Positions 55,277-64,000 of a stretch of DNA of 64,000 bases are shown here, piece after piece (within the stretch, counting starts at the first letter, position 1; each line of letters begins with the position of its first letter). Under the pieces are notes generated by a model, which was given only the letters and a program-made list of their open reading frames with translations, was not told the origin of the DNA and ran no database searches. This stretch comes from Octopus vulgaris (lineage: Eukaryota): NCBI GenBank assembly GCA_951406725.2, contig OX597834.1, positions 37,324,001-37,388,000 of the forward strand, in the 5' to 3' direction. The translations under genes were made by a program, and so were the position numbers.

Positions 55277-55579
55277 GTGTGCCTTAATCAACCTCTGGTC
55301 CTTCTCTCTCAATATTTCTCCCCATCCTCCTACTCTCCCTCTATTTCTCTTTCCTCCCACTGCTCTCTCTCTCTCTCCTTCCTCTTACTCTCTCTCTGTT
55401 TCTCTCTCCTCCCACCTCTCCCCTCAGACAGTAATATTTAATTTTGCTATAAATAGCTCTTTCTATTGATTTTTATATTGTAAGAAAGGTCTGAGTATTA
55501 TTATTGTTATTGGTGTTTGTGGTGGTGTTGGTGTTGGTTTGCACAAAAATGGTGCTGTGCTGGTAGGGGCGGGGCTGGG

Positions 55580-56205
55580 TTGGTGATTGTGGTCATGGGA
55601 GTGATAATGGTGATAGCAGTACAGGTGGTGGTGGTGGTGGTGGTAATAGTGGCAGTGGTGGTAGCCATAATGGGAATGGTGACAGAATGTGGTGGTGATG
55701 ATGGTGGTTGTGGTTGTGGTGATGGTGGGGTTGTGGTAGTGGTGGTAGCAATGATAGGAGTGGTGACAGTATGTGGTGGTGGTGGCTGTGGTGGTGATGG
55801 TGGTTATGGTGGCTGTGGTGGTGATAATGGTGGGGTTGTGATAGTGATGGTGGTGGTTGTAGTTGTGGTTGTGGTGGTAGTTGTGGTTGTGGTGGTAGTT
55901 TTGGTTGTGGTGCTGTTGATTGTGGTTGTAGCGGTGATAGTGGTGGTGGTTGTGATGGTTGTGGTGGTAGTGGTGATGGAGGCTGTGATGATGATGGTAT
56001 TCATGGTGGTGGTGGTTGTGGTAATGGTTGAAGTGGTGGTGATGGTGGTGGAAGTGGTTGTAGTAGTGATAATGACGATAGTGGTGCTATCGAAGGTGAT
56101 GGTGATGGTGTAAGTGGTAACGGTGGTGGTATCGATGGTGGTGGTGGTGGTGGTGGTGGTGATGCCACTGCCACTGATGGTGTTGGTGGTAGTGGTGCTG
56201 GTTGT
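55580..56205. repeat. (GGT)n low-complexity tract
   Basis: Directly visible. Confidence 0.9.
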
Positions 56206-56407
56206 GCAGTTAACAAACTCACTTTCTAACGATGCTGTTTTCAGATTCAGTTCTGCTGTGTGGCACTTTGGGCAACTGTCTTCCATGATAACCCTCGGCA
56301 GACTAATGCCATGTAAGTGAATTTGGAAGAGATAAACTGTGAAAACCCATTGTATATATGTATATATATGTGTGTGCGTGTGTCTTTGTACTCGTATTGT
56401 CTGCTCT

Positions 56408-56438
<31 letters not shown>

Positions 56439-59400
56439 ACTGCTTGACAACTGGTGTTCATTTGGTTACATCCCCATAACTTAGCAGTTCAGCAAAATAG
56501 ACTGAACAAAGAAGTACACGATTAAAAAAAAAACAATTAAGTACTGGGATTAATCTGCTCCACTTACTAAGAATCTTCAAGGTGGTGCCCCAGCATGGCC
56601 ACAATCCAGGATAAAAGAACGTTTTAGTAGGAGAATATATATTTTCACATCATTTTGAGACAATTTCGTGCCAAACTGAGAGGTTTGTAAAGGAAAGCAG
56701 AGCTAGTTCTCTCTTCATTTCCCAGTGACAACGGCACCTATGGACTTCCTATTTTATGCCACATGAACGTTTTGCCCGTCCAAAGCATTTTTATAAGTTT
56801 GGGTGCATGGCATTCTTAAGCAAAACACTTCATTTTACATTGCTCCAGTCCACTCAGCTGTTAATTGGTATAACCTTGAGATGTAGTGGCATTCTGTTCA
56901 GGATGAGTGTTGGCCTGTCCACCAAGCCAGTGGGCAGCATCATTTGGAAGCTACAACATTGTGAGGAAACGTCCTGTGACCAGTGGTGTATAACAACATC
57001 AAATAGTCTGGAAGATACAGTAAAAGACTCCCTTCAGTCATGAATGACCACGGGATTGCACATAGAAAGTTCTCCACTGATGCACAAGTCTGGGTAAGGT
57101 TGTTTATGGAAGACTAGCAGTCGCCCATGCATAGCAGCCTCCCCTCTCCACGCCACCGATGTTATCTAAGGGTAAGGCAAAGGGGCCGATACAGCTTGGC
57201 ACCAGTGATGTTGCAACTCATTTATACAGCTGAGCGAACTGGAGCTATGTGAAATAAAGTGTCTTGCTCAAGAACACAACACAAAGCCTGGACATATAAA
57301 AGACCCCCTTTCGGTCATGAATGACCATGGGATTGCACCTAGAAAGTTCCTCACCGAGTCACAAGTCTGGGCAAGGTTGCTTATGGAAGACCAGCATTTG
57401 CCCATGCATGACAGACCAGCATTTGCCCATGCATGACAGACCCCACTTGTCCATGCCACTGATATGATCCAAAACAAAGGCAAAGGGGCCGATACAGCTA
57501 GGGACCAGTGATGTCGCAACTCATTTCTGCAGCTGAGTGGAACTGGAGCAACAACAATTCAGTGATATAACAAGACTTCCTCTCTTACCTGTGAACTTTC
57601 TATTTACCTGCAAATTTTCTATTTACTTTGTGTCCCGCAGGTAGATTGAATTTGACACCTGTACAAGAACCACAATGTATTGGACACCAGGTATAATACC
57701 ATTTTAAGTAGCCTCAAAATTATTTACTATTTTCAATCTTCTATCTATGTATGTCTTTCATATGTTTGTAGAACACTGTACTCTGGTAACTGCAACTACA
57801 CTACGCATACAAAGCTAGTGATGATGATGATAATGGTGATAATGATGATGTTTATAACGATGAAATTGATTATGTTGATGGTGATGATGATGATGATGAT
57901 AATGGTGGTGGTGATATTTTTTTGCCTTGGCAAAAGCAAAACAAAGAACTATTACAAAAGAATTTGATTTATTTAAACCATACAATAGCAAACAATTATT
58001 GGCCTCTGTATTGTGTACGTATGTATGTATGTATGTATGTATGTATGTATGTATGTATGCATGTTTGTGTGTTCTATGTATGTATGTGTGTATGCCTGTA
58101 TGCTTGTGTATATGTATGTGTGTGTATGTATATAAGTGCATGTATGTATGCATATAATTGTATATATAGTCATGCATGTTTGTAAGACACATGCATATAT
58201 GCAGGTTTGCATGCATAACTGTCTGCAAATTTATAGATATACATACATACATATATATACATACACACATACACACACACACGAATCCATGCATACATGC
58301 ACAAACACATATCTATGTACATACATAGATACCAAGATAGAGATGTATATCTCCTCCATCTCTCTCTCTCTTTCTCTCTCATGTGTATGTACACACACAC
58401 ACACACATACATATATATGAAACAAGTAAAAGATAAAAGATATATATTCTCAATATATATATATATATATATTCTCAACAATAAAAATGTTTGAGTATTT
58501 TCTCTTGATAGTGGCCCCACAGTTCCTGCATAATCACTTTCACATACACACACACACACATAAATTCATGTGTATGCATGCATATATATATATATATATA
58601 TATATATGCTTATATATATATACTTATATATATCAATGAAATGCAAAGCAAAATGTGAAAACTGATGTTTAGTAATAAGAAAGAGAAGAGGAAATAATTA
58701 AATCACTGGAACTAAGATAAAAGATATTTGCAAAAAAAAGAGGTGGTGGTGGTGGTGGTGGTGGCAGAAAGGGTAGAGATGAGTGAGACGTGGAACAATT
58801 AGTGAGGAAAGGGGGGAGGCCTGAGAGTCTGAAGAGGTCAGAGAAAGGGAAGGAGAAAGACACCGAGGAGAAAGAGAGAGGATGGTTAGAACGAGGAAGT
58901 TTAGAAGTTAGAGGGAGTGTTTAGACAGAAAGAGCATGTTAAGAGCATAGGGAAAGTGAAAGTGGTTAGAGAGAAAGAGAGGGAGGGAGAGAGGGAGGGA
59001 GGTAGACAGACAGAGAGAAGTTATAGAAAGATCTGAGGGAAAGACAGAGAGAATGCAAATAAGAGAGAGAGAGAGAGTGAGAGTGGGGAGAGAATGAATT
59101 CTAAAGGAAAATTGTGACTCCAGGATTAAATGAAAACCATTCATCAAAGGAATAAAATATTATTATTATTATTGTTATCAGCTTCACCAATATCATCATC
59201 ATCATCATCATCTTTATCATCACATTCATCATCATCACTGCCATCACTATAATCAAAATTACCATCGTTATCATCACTATCATCATTGCCATCACCACCA
59301 TCAGCAGCACCATCACTGCTAGCCTTGCCTTCACATCACTCAAACCGCCAACATCTCCAGCCCCACCTTCTTCATCAGTATTGCCCTCTCCCACCACCAC

Positions 59401-59679
59401 CACCACCACTCTCATTGTCATCATCTCCATAATCACCATCGCCAACATCAGTGTCATCATCATCATCATTTTTGTGGCTGCTATTGTTTATGGTATTGAT
59501 GTTGATGATGCTGATGGTTGTGGTAGTGATGGCAGTTACTGTTGGGGTGATAGTAGTAGTAGTAGTAGCAGCAGCAGCGGTGGGGGTGATGGTGGTAGTG
59601 GTGTTAGTGGTGATATTAACTAAAGGCTTTTGTAGTCATTGTTAGTGTCCTTTTGCTTGTATTATCCGCCTCATCATTT

Positions 59680-60310
59680 TCACTACTACCACCACCACCA
59701 CCACCACTACCATTTCTGTTACCATCACATCCGCTACTACACCCATCACAACCGCTATCATCACCACCACCACCACCACCACCTCCACCACCTCAACCAA
59801 TGCCCAAACCACAATCACCACCACTACTACCACAACTATCACCACCACCTCAACCAATGCCCAACCCACAATCATCACCTCTACTAACACAACTTCCACC
59901 ACCACCACAACCACTACCTCAACCAATGCCCAAACTACAATCACCACTACTACTACCACAACTATCACCACCAGCACCACCACCTCAACCAATGCCCAAA
60001 CCACAATCGCCACCTCTACTACCACAACTACCACCACCACAACCACCACCACAACCACCACCACAACCACCACCACAACCACCACCACAACCACCACCAC
60101 TACCTCAACCAATGCCCAAACCACAATCACCACCACTACTACTACTACCACCACCACCACCACCACCTCAACCAATACCCAAACCACAATCACCGCCCCC
60201 CCCCCCCACTACTACTATCACCACCGCCATCACCACCACCATGACTACTACCACAGCTATTGCCACCACGATCATCCTCACCGAAACCATCACAATCACC
60301 ACCACCACCT
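59680..60310. repeat. (CCA)n-based minisatellite with unit cctcaaccaatgcccaaaccacaatc
   Basis: Six recurrences of the core visible. Confidence 0.88.
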
Positions 60311-60822
60311 CCGCTATGGCAATTGGTGAGCCTCTTTATATTTGCTTCACCTGCAAGAAATAGCAGGCAAATTTCCCTCAACTCATATCCCACTCTCTTA
60401 GAAAAGACATTTTGATTTGGGTCCATAATACATATATATATATACACTCTTCTTTTATTCTTATATTTGTTTCAGTCATTTGACTGCGGCCATGCTAGAG
60501 CACCGCCTTTAGTTGAACAAATCGCCCCCAGGATTTATTCTTTTTAAGCCTAGTACTTAGGCGAGCAGGCCAGCATTCCCCACCAATTAAAAGGGGTACT
60601 GGAGCAACAGGAAATTAAGTGTATTGCCCAAGAACACAATGCGCTGCTCAATCAGGGAATTGAAACCGCGATCTAGTGATCATGAGTACAGCAGCCTAAC
60701 CACTAGGACACACAGCTTTACATAAAGATGGAATTTACAAAAAACAAACAAAATAAAAGACGAGGATGGGTGTGTAAACAACAAACAGATGTATTAGTTT
60801 AATGCTTGGGAAGTAAGAAAGA

Positions 60823-60857
60823 CTTTTATGTTTTGAGCCTATGCTCTTCGACAGAAA
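60823..60857 (-). ncRNA. Degenerate hammerhead-like motif (A6U, G12A)
   Basis: CTTT-CTGTCGA-A-GAGCatagGCTC-AAAA-CATA-AAAG; same family as 13752-13787. Confidence 0.45.
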
Positions 60858-61830
60858 GGAACATGAGAAAATAAACAGGGAGAGAAGATAGAAAAATAGA
60901 AAAAGGTTTAGTGGCAAGCGATATATAAATGGAGGCAATGACAAATGATCAAGACCTTTGGTGGTTTGCTGTGATTGAGAACACTCATCAGGTCGAGTAA
61001 GATCATAGTCTTGGACAGAGCCAGTGATGCTTAAAAGGCATTCGTGCTGGTGACGCGTAAAAGGCACTTGTGCCAGTAATGCATAAAAGGCATTTGTGCC
61101 AGTAACATATAAAAAGCACCTGTGCTGGTGACATGTAAAAGGTGCCCATGATGGTGACATATAAAAGGCACCCTTGACACTCTTGTAGTGGTTGGCATTA
61201 GGAAGGGCATCCAGCTGTAGAAACCAAGCCAAAATCAGACTGGAACATGGTGCCGCTCTCTGGTTTACCAGTTCCAGTTAAACTGTCTAACCCATGCCAA
61301 CATGGAAAACAGACGCTAGATGATGATAATGATGATGATGGTATATATGAATATGAATATATATGTAAATGGAATGGCCATGGTTGGGATGTCTTTGATT
61401 GTAGAGCTGTCTGATTAGAGCTAAGCTGGAGCTGAGCAGCAGTAACAACAGCAACAACAACTATCATTGTCACCACTACCACAACAACCAACAAAACACC
61501 AATCATCACAATTTCAACACTACAGCTACTACTACCTCAACTGTAATCACTAACGACACTACTATTCATCCCCTAAACAACCCCTACAACCACAGACACC
61601 ATCACCTTTGCTACCATCACACATCCTCCTATACTTCGTTTTTCTGTTATATCTGATTTATTTGAAACTATTTTTGGAAGGAAAAAAAACTTTGTTTTCT
61701 CAAAAGAATTTCATTTGAGATTTCATTGAGCTTTTCACACACACACACACACACACGCACACATGTATATATGTATATATATATGTGTGTGTGTGTATAC
61801 ATATGTGTGTATGTATATATATATATGTAT

Positions 61831-61881
<51 letters not shown>

Positions 61882-62078
61882 TTGTCTGCATACATAAATA
61901 CACATATACATGCATAAATGCAGATATACATGTGTATATAGATAGATGGATATCTATAGATATATATACATACATACACATGAAAATCCACACACAAACA
62001 TACATACGCACATGCATATACACATATATACACATGCATGCATATATTCACATACATATATAGATGCAAATACAAATA

Positions 62079-62136
<58 letters not shown>

Positions 62137-62450
62137 CACACACAAATACTATACATATCACACACAGGCATACATTGAATTTATCTGCAGAATAACACTG
62201 TGAAATATATAGAAATAAAATTATAAAAATCTATTATTTTTATTCTGTGTGTGCATATATGCCTCTGGTGAGTCTATCTATGCTTGTACAGAAATACATA
62301 CATACACACACACACACATATATATGTGTGTGTGTGTGTGTGAATTTATCTTTATATGAGCCAACCTTGAAAAATCGACATTTAATAGAACGATGATCAT
62401 GATAATGATGATGATGATGATGATGGTGAGGATGATGCTGATGATCTATA

Positions 62451-62602
62451 AGGGTAGGCATGGCTGTGTGGTAAGAAGCTTGCTTCCCAACCACATCGTT
62501 TTTGGTTCAGTTCCACTGTGTGACATTCTGGGCAAATGTCTTCTACAACTGCCTCAGGCCAAACAGATCTTTGAGGGTTGACAGAAACTGAAAGAAGCCC
62601 AT

Positions 62603-62633
<31 letters not shown>

Positions 62634-62890
62634 ATGCATATATGTCTATGTACGTTTGTCTTCGTGTTTGTGATTGTCCCCCCCCCCCCCACTGTTTGAC
62701 GAATGGTGTTGGTTTGTTTGTGTCCATCATAACTTAGCAGTTCAGCAAAAGAAACCAAAAGAATAAGGACCAGACTTAAAAAGAAAAAAAAAAAAACTAA
62801 AAAGTCTTGGGGGTCGATTTGTTTGATTAAACCTCCTTAAGGGGGTACTCCAGCTGGGCCACAATCTAATTGCCAAAACAGGTAAAAGAT
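62451..62890 (+). mobile_element. tRNA-derived CORE-type SINE, diverged
   Basis: Same family as 5911-6317. Confidence 0.75.
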
Positions 62891-63659
62891 AAAAGACAGA
62901 ATTTGTTGCATGTGTGTTTGTTTGTGTGGGTGAATGTCTTAAACGAAGTCCCTCATGCAAAACCAGTGACGATGTTGTTGACAATTCCCTGTCAACAGGT
63001 CACAATGTAGCTCAACCCAGTCAGAGAAGCAGGGATTAGAAATCCTTTACTTGTAAAACATGAAAAGGTTAGAGACGGGAGGAGCATCCAATTGTAAAGC
63101 AATGCTGCAATATACATCTTTATCCAACTTATTCGTGTATACATAAACAAATGCTAAAGGAAAGAATTTGTGAACACATAGACACACACACATATATGTA
63201 TGTATATATGTATGTATTGTGACAAATGTCAAAGAATGGAGTTAGCAAATCATTTTAACACTTCATTTACAATCGTTTCATCATAATTCAATATAATCAT
63301 TCTTGCGTAATGCTGTAATGATTCCAGCAGCTATTGATTAATTGTCATGTGCTATGTACGATTTCTTCTATTACACATACTGAACATGAATCTTTAAAAT
63401 TCCATAAAAAAGTACCATGTATATATATATATATATGTATATATGGTATTGGTTAGTGGATCAATAATTTTTCAGCGTTCCAGACATATGTCATCAATTC
63501 TCTCTATCATCCATCATATTATTTTAATCTCTTGCGTAGAACATCAAGTGCCTTCTAATGATTGGTTGACATAGTTTTTTTCACTGGTTTTGTTCTTTCC
63601 CTCTTACCATTATAAGGCTGCCATTTTCCCCATCCATTATTCCTGGGAAGGTCATGGGG

Positions 63660-63935
63660 CTTTGGGCCTCAGGTACCTCTTCCATAAGGTCTAATCAGAA
63701 GCAACCTTCATTACACTTTCAAGCTGGATTCCCAAGCATAACCATCCGAGACTATGGATATTATCCAATTGTCTGATTCTTGGTTTTTCTCTTGGGCTCA
63801 GCTTGAGGAGTCCCTTATGCAATCCTTTTGTTGTGATATCCTAATCACATGACCACAGTACCTCCTACTTCAAATACCAGAGTTATAATATTTCCAATGA
63901 CTGTATGTTGGACGAGGGGATTGAAAGCCACTTCC
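63660..63935 (-). mobile_element. Decayed RTE LINE 3' fragment
   Basis: Minus strand I*SRR-YCGHVIR...PRIRQLDNI...VMKVASD*TLWKR with stops and frameshifts. Confidence 0.55.
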
Positions 63936-64000
63936 AGCAAGATGATGATGGTGAGGATGACACGGATGATCTATAAGGGCAGGCATGGCTGTGTGGTAAG

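Noticed and set aside
59653-60363. Proline-rich 236-aa ORF with PQPMPKPQSPP repeats
   Set aside because: (CCA)n minisatellite open on both strands; no ATG or splice support.

Overview
AT-rich, microsatellite-dense eukaryotic DNA. The SINE families and the (TA)n/(CA)n/(TAA)n/(GAT)n landscape point to an Octopus-type (coleoid cephalopod) genome. The only supportable protein-coding content is three internal minus-strand exons (23264-23406, 6468-6580, 3746-3846) of a secretase-type rhomboid intramembrane serine protease (RHBDL1/2/3, Drosophila rhomboid family). They have GT-AG junctions, matching phases, the WR motif, HxxxxHxxxN and catalytic GASGG. Nearly all ORF-track entries are simple-repeat or SINE artefacts. 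The rest is intronic: several SINE families, MITEs with target-site duplications (hAT, Merlin-like, piggyBac), a non-autonomous Helitron, a Helentron/HINE-like element, and RTE and R4/Dong LINE remnants. The most notable unannotated signal is 11 minimal type-I hammerhead-ribozyme-like motifs from about 7 unrelated Penelope-like repeat families. One has a compensatory G3-C8 core swap, one lies inside a 43-bp-TIR element and one has a ~120-nt stem II; 9 of 11 are sense to the rhomboid pre-mRNA. There is also a candidate HDV-like ribozyme at the 5' end of an RTE-like UTR and several long fold-back structures. All structures were folded by eye and no activity is demonstrated.
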